A DNA stretch of 64,000 bases, from contig JARDVH010000115.1 in the NCBI GenBank assembly GCA_030324005.1, positions 28,408,812 to 28,472,811 on the forward strand. The letters run 5' to 3'. Under the pieces are notes generated by a model. It had not been told where the DNA came from. It saw nothing but the letters and a program-made list of their open reading frames with translations, and made no database searches. The number at the start of each line of letters is the position of its first letter. Within the stretch, counting starts at the first letter, position 1. Shown here one piece after another: positions 1-12,520 of this stretch. Position numbers and translations under genes: made by a program. The stretch comes from Negaprion brevirostris (Eukaryota).

Positions 1-744
1 TATATATAGGAGCAAACTGAAAGTGTGATTGTTAATTTGGAAGTGCACTATATGTATCTCATGTATATGTAAATAAAATCTCATAAGTGAAGTAAAGTCT
101 ATGCTCCAGTGTAACTTTTACTGTCTGTCAATCTGGACTATAACACAATGTCCTTGCTTCTGAGATTCATTCTGTTATCAACATCATTAAGGAGAAAAGA
201 TAGGCTTTTTGAGAAAATTATTGAAACCAATTCTATCTACATGACAGTTTTACCTTTATTAGGAACAAGATATGTGTGGAAATACTTTGATATTCTTACA
301 GTCTGATCCCTTATTTTCTCTGGAGATGAGATGCAACTTTCATAAGGAAGTAGTGGGAGGTGTGGATTGGCATTGGAAAGGCAAATTAGACAAGATCTAA
401 CAGTTAGTTGACCTGCTGTTACCTCCTTACACAGAACACAAAGCACAGAAATAATACAGCATACAAGAGGCCATTCGGTCCATCAAGTCTGCGCCAGCTC
501 TACATATGAGCAATTCACTGAATGCCATTCTCCTGCCACATGTCCATCAAAGTTGAATTTGACTCTGTCTATTTCTGTTTGAGTAGCTAACTGCATTTCA
601 CAACTTAGTGTAGGTAATCCACAGGAGTGTGATGGCATCTGCAAGGGCCCCAAGCAACTTGTTGAGTTGCATACTGAAGAGTTTGTAAAATGTCAGTCGA
701 AAGCCAGGCTGGCTGTACTGGAGCCATTTATTTGTTGGATTTTG

Positions 745-758
745 CCACTAGATGTCAG
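745..758 (+). promoter_or_regulatory. CTCF-like motif
   Basis: CCACTAGATGTCAG, one deviation from the core consensus. Confidence 0.35.
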
Positions 759-1155
759 CCTACTCTTGGATCTTGGTGTCCAAAGGCCCCATCTAATGAA
801 ACTCCATCTTTCAGAATATCAGAAGACCGATTATTTCAAATAAGTATTATTAATCGATAAATATTGTGCAATACATTTTGGGAATGTTAGCCCAAATTCA
901 TCTTATAGCAGAAGATGGCTCATTGTCTCTTTTAGTGGGAACTGTTACTGATCCCATTCTTAAAGATTTATGCTTCAGAAGAATTATTACAAAATGTAAA
1001 GCATGAAAAAATTGTTCAATATTTATGAGTGAAAGTTAAAGTCCCAGCATGACAAGCCGGAATTATTTCCTACCTCTTGTCAGGTGCTCAATACCCACCA
1101 CATTGCTGAAGAAAGATGCCCAAGAGTCAGAATTATTTGAAGGGTACAATATTTT

Positions 1156-1487
1156 CATAGAATCATAGAATCCTACAGTGCAGAAGGAGGCCACTTGGCC
1201 CATCGTGCCTGCACTGACAACAACCCATCCAGCCCCTATCCCTGTAACCCCATGTATTTACCCTAATAATCTGCGCATTTGCCTTAATCTGTGACACTAA
1301 GGGTCAATTTAGCATGGCCAATCCACATAACCCGCACATCTTTGGACTGTGGGAAGAAACTAGATCCTCTGGAGGAAATCCACACAGTCACGGGAGAATG
1401 TGCACACTCCACACAAACAGTGACCCAAGCCGGAATTGAACTTGGGTCCCTGACACTATGAGGGAGCAGATCTGAGCATGCCGCCCT
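1156..1487 (-). mobile_element. HE1-like tRNA-derived SINE with CR1-type tail
   Basis: Reverse complement of the tRNA-like head, a central segment shared with the other copies in the window, and an (atagaatc)n tail. Confidence 0.85.
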
Positions 1488-1614
1488 TTTTATTTATCTT
1501 CCAGGCCCTGTTGGTAGATTTTGAATGTTCCAGTATTCNNNNNNNNNNCACTCTCCAGGTGGTGAACTTGCACAGTGACTGATGCTGATATGCATCAGCT
1601 GCTGCTTTTTCATC

Positions 1615-2092
1615 TAAGAACATAAGAACTTGGAGCAGGAGTAGGCCATCTGGCCCCTTGAACCTGCTCAGACATTCAATAAGATCATGATTGATTTTTT
1701 TGTGGACTCAGCTCCACTTACCCGCACGCTCACCATAATCCTTAATCCCTTTATTATTCAAAAATTTATCTATCCTTGCTTTAAAAACATTCAATGAGGT
1801 AGCCTCAACTGTTTCACTGGGCAGGGAATTCCACAGATTCACAAACCTTTGTGTGAAAAAGTTCCTCCTCAGCTCAGTCCAAACTCTGCTTCCCCTTGTT
1901 TTGAGGCCAAGCCCTCCAGTTCTAGTTTCACCTGCCAGTAGAAACAATTTCCCTGCTTCTATCTTATCTATTCCCTTCATAATCTTATATGTTTCTACAA
2001 GATCTCCCCTCATTTTTCTGAATTCCAATGAGCTTGGCCCCAGTCTACTCAATCTCTCCTCATAAGCCAACTGTCTCAACTCTGGAATCAAC
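1615..2092 (-). mobile_element. CR1 LINE 3' fragment
   Basis: ORF2 C-terminus YEERLSRLG...RGDLVETYKIMKG...RRNFFTQRFVNLWNSLP and a (taagaaca)n tail. Confidence 0.92.
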
Positions 2093-2199
2093 CTACAGCT
2101 GATGAAGTTGTGATTTTGGCTGCAGCCATTGGTCCTCTGGTAGAACTGCCTCAGAGGTTGCAAGATGAGTTGAAGCAGCAAGGCAGACACCACAGAGCT

Positions 2200-2480
2200 G
2201 GTGCCACTGCTCTGGAGGCAGGAAGAAGAAGGCGGAAGTACACGAGGCCATATCCACAAAGTCTATTCAAGGATCATTTCTCTGATAGTAACTACAGCCA
2301 GGAACAATGCCTGGGTTACATCACATCACACAAGGAGGTTGTCATCAAGCTACTTGCCACAACCTGAGCATCGCACAAGGGTATGGTCAGCACTGCCTGT
2401 GACTGTCGAGATTGCTGTGACTCTTAGTCTTTATACCACAGGCTCCATTCTGACTGCAATAGGGGCACCTGTGATATCTC
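2200..2480 (+). mobile_element. Decayed PIF/Harbinger transposase N-terminal fragment
   Basis: Frameshifted RPYPQSLFKDHFS..YSQEQCL..KEVV / SALPVTVEIAVTLSLYTTGS resembles the HARBI1-like transposase HTH region. Confidence 0.6.
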
Positions 2481-2639
2481 CTCTAGAGTTGACACGCACC
2501 AGGGCCATGACTCTGTGATGGCCAGTACATTTCTGATCACAGGGAGTTGGGTATACAGGTGAGCCCAGCCTCCTCCAGTGACAACCCCTCCTTCCGCAAA
2601 TTGTGCACTGCAGTTTGAGTCTTCATTTGACCTGCCAAG

Positions 2640-3700
2640 TGAACTAAAAATCTAATGGCAATATTTGGAGGAACAGCAGAGGCATTCATCTGGAGTCCAG
2701 GTCAATAGTTATTGCTCAACCAATATCATTAACACTGTTAAAATGAGGTTTATTCGATTGTTATGCTTTGCAACTATCTTTACTTTAGGGTAACATTTAG
2801 GGTTAAGTGACTTGTTCGGAAGACAAGCCTGGGTGATGTAGCTACCAAAGATTAAAGGGAGGTCTGGGTGAGTTTGCTGGAGAAGACTAAAGTGTTCACA
2901 CCTGGAGGCAATGACAGAAACATCTATGTTTACAGTGATTAGTCTGCTTGTCTTCAAAGTCCCAGGAAGTTGTTGACAATGTTAGGTTGCAAATGGTTTG
3001 ACTTTAGTTGTCAATTTATTTACAAGATAGAGTTGGGATCCAAGGAATAGCTATTCAGCACTTCTACATGTATACAAGGCCCATGTAGTGCATACTGCTG
3101 TGGAGATGGGCTTTGAGAGGGGGATTGGGTGTCAGTCTTTCCCAAAATATGACTGAAACTCAGACAAGAGTTTGCCAGGATCTGGGAACGAGAGCAGCAA
3201 GAAGTTAAAAGTCTCAGTGGATCACCATGCAGGAAAGCAGGTGGGAACTCACACACAGATTGAAAAGACCAAATTCAGGTTGGAAGATTCACCTGGCTTC
3301 AGCTAGTGGGAGAAACTCCAGTCAAAATCCTCACTCTGACAGACAGTTCTGGAGTTAAATGTTATCAGACTGGGAAAGTGAAAGAATGAAGTAAACCCTT
3401 GGGAGCCAAGAATGGCTTTGGACAGGTTCCTGGGGTATTGAATTGTCTGTCTAAAGAGCAGTGTGGAATATAATTGTGAAGTGGTATTCTGATTATGTTG
3501 AAAACAAAAAAGGAATGTTGCATTTGGTAGTTTAAAGTTTAAGTTGCTTACATAAATAATGTTCAGTCAATGTTGCTCCTAAGTTGCTTGTTACAACAGA
3601 AGTCTCAAAATATAAAATTTTGCTATGCCATCTGTTCAGCTATTAACTGTAAGTTTGAAATGATTTTTTAAAAGTCACTGATCTCTACAGGGGCTAAAAA
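2640..3700. repeat. Probable degenerate LTR-like or unclassified interspersed repeat
   Basis: Non-coding, with a composition similar to the 39600-40350 block. The family was not identified. Confidence 0.3.
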
Positions 3701-3717
3701 TGACCCTGGTTACTTAT

Positions 3718-3996
3718 AGGGTGACAGTGTTTAGCACAGTGGCCTCACAATGCCAGAGTCCCAGGTTCAAATACTGGTTTGGTTCACTGTCTGTGTGGAG
3801 TTTGCACATTCTCCCTGTGTCTGTAAGGGTTTCCTTCGGGTGCTCAGGTTTTCTCCCATAGTCCAAAGACATGCAGGTTAGGTGGATTGGNNNNNNNNNN
3901 AAACATGGGGTTATGGGGATAGGCCCTGGGTGGGATGGTGGTTGGTGTAGACTGGATGGGCCGAATGGCCTCCTTCTGCACTGCAGGATTCTATGG
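3718..3996 (+). mobile_element. HE1-like SINE
   Basis: Pol III A/B-box-like head (ttagcacagtggcctcac...ggttcaaat), shared body, and tail ...ccttctgcactgcaggattctatg. Confidence 0.85.
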
Positions 3997-4920
3997 TCTC
4001 TTTACTATTTGTAGACCACTGATCAGTGAAATTGTTTGTGTTTCTTTACATTACAACTGCAATTCATTGACTGGGACTGCCTAATGGATGGCACTATATG
4101 AATACAGGCACTGTCTTTCTGATTTCATTTTTCACCTTTTGCAATTATTTGTGTGCATTAAGTTGTCTCACATGCTTGGCTGGCTGGAATTGGAATCTAT
4201 GAATCTGGAAGTAGTGGGTTAACCTCTTGACACAATTCTAACTGAAGACTTGCTGGGTAGCATACTAAGTGAACAATTAAACTTACAAATAGACATCACT
4301 GACTACATAGTGCCATTTATTGAATGTCTCTGCATGCAAGTACATTGTATGGCAGTCAAGCATAATTACCTACTTAGTCAATGGCTATTAAATGAATTTT
4401 TGTTTGCAGTTATGATGCAAAATAAATGTTGTCACAATACTGCTGGACTGCCATTAAAGTAAAATGACAAGCTATATAAATATATGGGCATCATAAGCAT
4501 TTGCATTTGTCTCACATATATTGTGAAGTTAGTGTTTGTGAAAATTATAAATACTTGTAAAATGCTAACGGTGATAAAATTGTCTATTTAAAAGGTAGTT
4601 TAGTTTTTTTTACTGTACCGAAGAGCTGCAAGTGCACCCAGTACCCAGAGTGAAACATTGTATTGAGAGGCAAAAAACAATAGGGTTGCTTTGATAACAG
4701 GCTTTAGCATTTGACTCAGAACATGTTTTTCAATTTTAACTGATCAATTTGAAATAGGCATTTGAAAAGCAGAAGTCTGTTAGATTTGAATGTTGATGTT
4801 TTGATAGTCTATAAACAAATCCTATTGTGGGGGGTATTAAGACTACAGCTCCCAGCCACAAATTGCCAGACAGCCTTTGCCTCTGCCAGCTACTACCACA
4901 GTTCACAGCTCTCTCAGAAA

Positions 4921-4940
4921 GAGAGAGAGAGAGAGAGAGA
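4921..4940. repeat. (GA)n microsatellite
   Basis: Ten GA units, seen directly. Confidence 0.9.
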
Positions 4941-5872
4941 AAGAAATAGACACCTACGGATAACAACTTTGTGGTAGTGAACAGCCACATTTATGTGTTA
5001 AGAGAAAGTCTCATTTCATCTCAGAAGAACAGACCAATGAAACACAGAAGAAGTCAACAAAGAAGAAAGAACATTCCGAAAGTCGACAAACCTGACTGCA
5101 TTTTGAATGTGACTAAAAGTTATATTTTTTTTGTTTGTTAATAAGTGGGAATTGTAATTATCAAAACAGCATTCCATCAGAATGTGTCTTATTTGGTTGG
5201 TTAATAATTTAGTTGACCCGTTCAGTGTCAATTAGATAAAATGAAGTGTTACTTTTTTCTTTTAAGGAGAGAGACTCAGTTGCGATTTTGATTTAACCAT
5301 TAAAAATTGCTGTAGGCAGATCGTACCATTTCTCACATACTCTTTATTAGATTATGAAAGGGAGGTACTTCTCTCTGAGTGGTTGAATGTTAGTTCTCTG
5401 AAAGGAGATCACCCTCCCCTTCATAACATTATACTCATAAAATTTAACCCCATGAAAATGTTGACCTTGTGATTTTTAGCAAAAAAAAATTTTCATTCTC
5501 CTCATATTAACCCTATTTTATCAGGGATCAAAGACCAGAAATTTCAGAGCTAAAGTTTATTCCTGGTGATTTTTATGATTCAATTTCATTGTAAGCGTTT
5601 AAAACAAACTAGATTGCATATCAGTAAATAAATGCTTAAAATTTATACATTTGTTTTGTTTTTATTCATTCAAATTATTAACCTGATCATTTTATGAATG
5701 ACAAATTGAGTTATGGTTATTAATTACTGGCAATTAATGTATGTAGTGGATAATGTTATGAAATAATAAACATTAGATAATAATTATAAATTCTTAAGTG
5801 TTGTTGGTTTTATACTTTTATTCCATTATAATTTTCTTTGGATTTCACTTGGGTCCATATCGAGCAGTCAAG

Positions 5873-6352
5873 TTCATAAGTTCATAAGATATAGGAGCAG
5901 AATTAGGCCATTCAACCCATCGAGTCTTCTCCGCCATTTGATCATGGTTGGTATGCTTCTTAGCCCCATTTTCTTGCTTTCTTCCCATAACCTTTCAACC
6001 CATTATCAATTAAAAATCTGTCCAACTTCTCCTTAAATTTACTCACTGTCCCAGCATCCACCGCACTTTGGGGTAGTGAATTCCACAGATTCACAACCCT
6101 TTGGGAGAAGCAGTTTCTCCTCAACTCTGTTTTAAATTTGCTACCCCTTATCCTAAGACTATGACCTCTCATCCTAGAATGCTCCACAAGAGGAAGTATC
6201 TACTCCATGTATACTTTATCCATACTTTTTATCATCTTAAATACCTCAATTTGATTTCCCTTCATTCTTTTAAATTCCAGAGAGTACAGGCCTAAACTGT
6301 TCAATCTCTCTTCATATGACAAACCCCTCAACTCTGGAATCAATCTAGTGAA
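5873..6352 (-). mobile_element. CR1 LINE 3' fragment
   Basis: RGHSLRIRGSKFKTELRRNCFSQRVVNLWNSLP and a (ttcataag)n tail. Confidence 0.92.
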
Positions 6353-6517
6353 CAATATTGTGAGTCAATAATTGTGCAATCAACCTCACAACTTTTGGCA
6401 TAAAAGTTGTCTCAAAGGTTTGACTTTTGCACTAGGATATACCGTAACTAAATCTAATGCAGCAGACTATATTAATTATGAATTCAGACTTAAAAATAGG
6501 ATTCACTCCTGTTCATT

Positions 6518-6531
6518 CCAGCAGATGGCAC
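6518..6531 (+). promoter_or_regulatory. CTCF-like motif
   Basis: CCAGCAGATGGCAC fits the CTCF core consensus CCASYAGRKGGCRS. Confidence 0.45.
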
Positions 6532-6543
6532 AATAAAGGATCA

Positions 6544-6549
6544 TTTATT
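6544..6549 (-). terminator. Candidate DLK1 polyadenylation signal
   Basis: AATAAA on the minus strand about 250 nt after the stop codon, following an AU-rich 3' UTR. Confidence 0.5.
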
Positions 6550-6797
6550 TCTTTGCTGTCACCAGCTTACACGTTACAACACTAGTGAGAATTTAAAAAT
6601 ACCACAATAAGTTCCCTTCTTCAAAATCTTGGACAAGCACTTCACATATTGAGAAACATTTACATGTATTTATGACAAATATCAGAAACATTCAAACAAT
6701 ACAGTTATTAACAAAATGCTTGAATATGCTCTAACAATTAGAAATGTTTTTAAATAATACAATACGATATAGGCATATTTAATTTACAAAATGAGAC

Positions 6798-7554
6798 TCA
6801 AATAGATGTATAGTTTTTTCCATAATTTGTCAATTTATTCACACTTGGAAATATAATTTTAACAGAAAGGTCTTCATTTTTATCTTGGAGAAGATGCTTC
6901 CTTTGTTTCCAGAGGAGATGTCGATATTTAGCATTTGCGAGCCATATTTCACACCTGGAAAAGAAGATAATCCCTGTAGTCCCCAGAATCACAAGACATG
7001 TCAATAATCCAAGCACAGTAAAACAGATCACTTGACTGCTATTGAGCAGTGAGCTGGATTTGTGGATGGTTTCTTTGACGGTGATCTTGAGCATTCCATT
7101 ACCTTGTTGATATGTTGACTTATGGGAGGCATGCAGCGGTGGCTGGAAAGACTTGTCATGCCTGACCCAATCTGTTCCTGCATGCACATTTTGCTTTGCA
7201 TCGTGATTCTCAAGTGTTTGGTGTTGGCAGGTTTCTCCTCCATATTCAGGCAAGCACACACAATCAAAGCCTCCATCAGGATGATCATGACAAGTGCCTC
7301 CATTTTCACATGGATGGCTAAGGCAAGATGTGACTGAATAATCACAGGACTTGCCAGTGAATCCATCAGGGCAAAAACAGCTGAATCCAGAAACCAGATC
7401 CATGCAGCTTCCATTATTGGCACAAGGGTTTGGGTTGCAGTTATTGATGCTTATTTCACAGAAGTCCCCAGTAAAACCTGGCAGGCATAGGCAGTAAGCC
7501 TTGACTGCAAAGCTATTATCATCAAAGCAACTTCCTCCATTCTGACAAAGTAGC
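6798..7554 (-). CDS. DLK1: DLK1 coding exon 5 (EGF4-6, stalk, transmembrane helix, cytoplasmic tail, stop)
   Basis: Acceptor ttgattgcag|G. Translation LLCQNGGSCFDDNSFAVKAYCLCLPGFTGDFC...LKITVKE...QVICFTVLGLLTCLVILGTTGIIFFSRCEIWLANAKYRHLL...EDLSVKIIFP...NYTSI*. The TM and tail resemble mammalian DLK1 (QAICFTILGVLTSLVVLG...CETWVSN...EDLAVNIIFP) rather than DLK2. Confidence 0.96.
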
Positions 7555-7704
7555 CTGCAATCAAATAGGTAAAGAACATATATTGAATTATTCTATCAAT
7601 ATCCTCAAAACTGTGACACCAACCTACTTGGAATCCAGGGTTAGTGTGAAATAGTAATGTATACTATACTTATGTACTTGAAAAATGAACATTGTTCCTT
7701 GTTA

Positions 7705-7892
7705 CAATCTGGCACTTGTTCAGATACACTGAGGGAGAATTTAGCATGGCCAATGCACCTAACCAACATGTCTTTCAAACTATGGGAGGAAACCCACACA
7801 AACACAAGGAGAAGGTGCAGACTCTGCACTGTGACCACAGCCTGGAATAGAATCTGGGTCCCGGGCACTGAGAGGCAGCAGTGCTAACCATT
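7705..7892 (-). mobile_element. HE1-like SINE in DLK1 intron 4
   Basis: ...gaggcagcagtgctaacca head and shared body. Confidence 0.8.
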
Positions 7893-8939
7893 GTAAGATA
7901 ATATATTAATTGTATATTATTTGCAATAGTGAGGCAGACATGGACAATACAATGATTCTATATATATGGGACTAGAAATTGGGGGAATATATCAAAATAT
8001 GAATGGGGGAAGGAGATTATTGCACAAATTACCTGTNNNNNNNNNNNNNNNNNNNNNNNNNNNNNNNNNNNNGTACTGCCAGCTAATTATAGTTACTAAA
8101 ACATGCAAGCCAGTGTTTCTAGTCCTGTTCATTGTCTGCATGCTCTCTGGGGGACTCAATAACAGGGGGCCATAATGCAACATCAAGACAGGCGCTAACT
8201 CTTAAAGGTGTACTAGATCCCAGCTGCAAGACTTCTTGTGCTACATGTCCAAATGACCTTTGAGGCATAGATTATAACATCATATAACAACAGAAAGAAT
8301 TTGAAAGGATATGGAGAAAGGAAAGTAAAAACGGAGTTGGATTACATGGCTACAATTGAGCTTGCCCAGCACAAGTGCAATGGTTTGAAAGGCCTCTTTC
8401 TCTATTCCAGTTTGTCATGTTATTTATACTGTTCAATGTACTGACCTGACAGTGATTTTCAAACCACTTACTGTCCAGTTAAACCTACATCTTTTGTAGT
8501 TTTGCCTTATTCTTCAATGTGACTTTTTCAGAAGTGCAATACAGTATTCAAATCAATTCTAACACAGCATAAAGCACTTTTATCTGCTACTGACACAGGT
8601 TGTTTAGGCATGATTGCAGGAATATCTAAATTGACTCTTTTGGGGCTTGAATCTCTTTCTTAGGCATGTGAACAGGATTAGTAAAAGACAAATTTCAGAT
8701 TGCTATCAGGAAATTCTCCTTCTTACACAGAATGATCAAATATAGAATAGATTGCAATGGGAGCAAAAATACTGGAATTATTTATGAATCATTCAAATGT
8801 AACAGAGACTTCAGGGTCATTCTGGATAGATGAAGTCAGATGAGCCAAATATACTTCTCTTCTAATATATATTATTGAATCTGTTACATGCTGCTTGAAA
8901 AACAGTTGCTTTTAACAGTATGTAGGAAGTATCCTTTAC

Positions 8940-9084
8940 CCAGTGGTGTAGCAGGACCCTTTCCTGTGTTGACAATGGCTTCCTATAAACTCCTGTCCAC
9001 AGATACATATGTAACCACCATCTTTACTCTCTACACATGTAGAATTGTTAGCACAAGGCTGTGTGGGTGAGCAGCTGTGGGTAC
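8940..9084 (-). CDS. DLK1: DLK1 coding exon 4 (EGF3)
   Basis: Acceptor ctaattacag|GT, donor GG|gtaaag. Encodes THSCSPTQPCANNSTCVESKDGGYICICGQEFIGSHCQHRKGSCYTTG, in frame with exons 3 and 5. Confidence 0.95.
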
Positions 9085-9129
9085 CTGTAATTAGAAAGTT
9101 GCAGTTAATTAAAACAAAGAAAACACGTA

Positions 9130-9245
9130 TAAGATGATGAAGGGGATGGATAGAGGTGGAGAGGCTCTGCCCGCTCAGAAAGGACAGTAGGACTAGGGGG
9201 CACAGCCTCAAGATAAAGGGGGGGCGGTTTAGAACGGAGTTGAGG
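9130..9245 (+). mobile_element. CR1 fragment running into an assembly gap
   Basis: SRTRGHSLKIKGGRFRTELR, starting about 45 bp from the exon 4 acceptor. Confidence 0.85.
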
Positions 9246-10849
9246 NNNNNNNNNNNNNNNNNNNNNNNNNNNNNNNNNNNNNNNNNNNNNNNNNNNNNNN
9301 NNNNNNNNNNNNNNNNNNNNNNNNNNNNNNNNNNNNNNNNNNNNNNNNNNNNNNNNNNNNNNNNNNNNNNNNNNNNNNNNNNNNNNNNNNNNNNNNNNNN
9401 NNNNNNNNNNNNNNNNNNNNNNNNNNNNNNNNNNNNNNNNNNNNNNNNNNNNNNNNNNNNNNNNNNNNNNNNNNNNNNNNNNNNNNNNNNNNNNNNNNNN
9501 NNNNNNNNNNNNNNNNNNNNNNNNNNNNNNNNNNNNNNNNNNNNNNNNNNNNNNNNNNNNNNNNNNNNNNNNNNNNNNNNNNNNNNNNNNNNNNNNNNNN
9601 NNNNNNNNNNNNNNNNNNNNNNNNNNNNNNNNNNNNNNNNNNNNNNNNNNNNNNNNNNNNNNNNNNNNNNNNNNNNNNNNNNNNNNNNNNNNNNNNNNNN
9701 NNNNNNNNNNNNNNNNNNNNNNNNNNNNNNNNNNNNNNNNNNNNNNNNNNNNNNNNNNNNNNNNNNNNNNNNNNNNNNNNNNNNNNNNNNNNNNNNNNNN
9801 NNNNNNNNNNNNNNNNNNNNNNNNNNNNNNNNNNNNNNNNNNNNNNNNNNNNNNNNNNNNNNNNNNNNNNNNNNNNNNNNNNNNNNNNNNNNNNNNNNNN
9901 NNNNNNNNNNNNNNNNNNNNNNNNNNNNNNNNNNNNNNNNNNNNNNNNNNNNNNNNNNNNNNNNNNNNNNNNNNNNNNNNNNNNNNNNNNNNNNNNNNNN
10001 NNNNNNNNNNNNNNNNNTGGCTGAGGGTTTTTTAAAAGGACCTGTGTGTGGCAATTACACCATCAACCCAATTAAAGCCTGTTTAATATGGAAATTGGGG
10101 TCTTATGATGTAAATCGAACTACAATTACCATTTTAGGGATGAACTTTTCAGGGAACATGAGTTAAGGCGCTTGACATCCATTTCAGAGTTCTGAGTTCA
10201 TTTCTCTGCATGCTTTCTCTTTGTTGGGGTTTAGATATATAGATATTTCTGTCTTAAGAAAGAATTTGACATAAGTCTTTGATGGTTATGGACTTTATGA
10301 AGGCTTGGGAGCAAAAATTAACAGTATGGAAAGAACATTTTTTGATGAGCAAACATTTAATGATTAGATCAGATATGGCTCCCTTTCTCTGACTTCCAGC
10401 TATCTGGTTACATATTCTGTTATTTTCCAAATCTTCCTGCAAGTGGCAATTCTTCTGCTATTGATTTCAATTAGAATCAATATTGAAATATATCTATAAT
10501 GGGTGCCTGATACAATATTGGTTTTCTACCAAATCGGTTAATGTCAAAATGACCCCTTGAATTTTGGTTTTTCCCTCGCACCAGGGAAACCTTCCCCACC
10601 ATTTATAATGGTGCACAATAGCATGGGAACTTTGTCCCTCAGGAGATATTAAAACAAGGAGCAATCATTACTAGCTGACTGCTATTGTGTATCAGTTTGC
10701 TCCATCTGAATTCTCTCTGCATGTCAAACAAGTGTTATACTCAGACTGGGCAGAAAATCAAGTTTGAAAATCTTCATAGACTAAAAATTAGATAATGTGT
10801 CCTTCCTAGTACAATAATAATTAAATGGAAAATATTAAAAATCACTTTT

Positions 10850-10995
10850 AAAGTTGAAAATGCTGGAAATACTCTAGGAAACTAGGGTAAACATTTCAAC
10901 TCAAAGGCCTTTCACCAGACACATTAAGCCTGTGTTTCTCTCTCCACTGATGCTGCCCAACCTGCTGAGTGTTTTCTAACATTTTCTGTTTTAAT
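10850..10995. mobile_element. Short inverted-repeat element built from Penelope-type termini
   Basis: aaaatgctggaaatactc... and ...cctgctgagtgttttctaacattttctg arms. The same motif recurs at 14527, 14908, 27700, 39530, 45630 and 48300. Confidence 0.55.
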
Positions 10996-12109
10996 TGTAC
11001 GCTTCCAATATCTGCAATCATTTGCTTCAAATAATCATGTGAATGCTTAGGGTTGAGGCCCAGATTTTGAGTCACTATTTGAGCACCTTCATTATGTTGA
11101 TTCGCAGCTGTAAAGCACACATTAAAAATGCCGATATCCTCAGGACTCCTATAACCGTGCCAAAATAAACAATCAATTCAAAAGCTGAATGTGACAGGTT
11201 TTGGAAATCCGAGGTAGGATTAGAGAATGCTGGAAGTCACCTCTTGGGGAGAGATTAGAAGCAAATACAACTTGCCACACCTCTAACCTCATCCCCTTTA
11301 GACGAAAGGTCATCAAGCTGAAATATTGGCCTGGATTTTCGCTGAGTCAGACTCACTAAGGAAGCTTTTAAAAATGCCAGGCTGGACCCAATTCCAGGAT
11401 TCCTGCCCCCCCTTTCCCATTTCCAGCAACTTCAGCCAATGATGGATAACAGTGTGGGTAACAAGCCTACACACAGAACACCTGCCCTTGCTAGTTTCAT
11501 TCTGAATCCCGACCCCCCGCCACCTCCCAGCTCAACACAGTTTTGGTAACATTAGACCCCTTCTACAAGCGGACGTGGTTCATTGTGTTTTAAAGAAATC
11601 ATGAACCATGTGGTGGGAATGGGGTGGAGGGGGAGGGGGTTGCCTAGTCCTGTATCATTAGCCCAAAAAATGCAGCAAATCAACATTACCATTTGGTCCT
11701 TTTACCATCTTAAAAAGCTGTCAAATCAATCACAACTACTTATAGCAACAATATCAGATATTGTTTTCCACTTAACACTTGGTAATCATGTATAAATTAT
11801 CACACAAACCACAAATTTAATCCAAGGTACCGGAAATGTCAATCAAATAAAATTGCCACTCCCCTGCGAGCTGTTATAAACATTAGCTGCTGAGCTGAGT
11901 GCATTAGTCATTCTTGAAGTTCAACAAGTATTCAGTATGAGGCTATCCAGATAAACTGGCATATGCTTCCATTGATACAGTTGCCAGATAACCTCATTAT
12001 GAATATTGGCTGAGCTCCAAGAATGACTTGTGCACTCAGCTCACAGGCAATGATTATATAGTTTTCAGGGGATGCCTTGTTTGACATCTCTAACGCCTTG
12101 TAAGAAGTT

Positions 12110-12520
12110 ATTTTTTCTTTGATCTCTATCACAATTTTGCAAGCTCCAATACCATTATCTACAGCCCTTTAGGAGAGAATTCCAGATGTGAAAATGTGTG
12201 AAACATTTCCTTATTTCGTCTCTGAAGGGATGGGCTCTAATTTTAAGGTCATGGCCCCTTGCTCTTGATCCCCCACTATAAATATTATTTTTTTACTATC
12301 CACCTATTAAATCATTTTAAAATTTTAAACACTTCAATCAAATCACTCCTCAATTTTCTCTAACTAAAGGAAATACAAGACAGGTATACCCAACCTGTCC
12401 TCACAAATTTATCCCTGGTATCATTTTGAATCTGCAATCACATCTCTTCCATAAAATTCTTCCTGAGGTGTGATGCCTTAAACTGAAAGCAGTACTTCAA
12501 ATCGATCTTACCACAGCTTT
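12110..12520 (-). mobile_element. Highly decayed CR1 fragment
   Basis: Degenerate match to the other CR1 3' copies in the window. Confidence 0.5.

Noticed and set aside
1-6500. Imprinting-type features (IG-DMR, MEG3, miRNA or snoRNA clusters) downstream of DLK1
   Set aside because: Nothing of the kind is recognisable. Only about 6.5 kb downstream is visible, so the absence is uninformative.
8936-10054. 372-aa ORF ending in an EGF repeat
   Set aside because: Artefact of reading through an N gap and an antisense CR1 fragment. Only 8940-9084 is a real exon.
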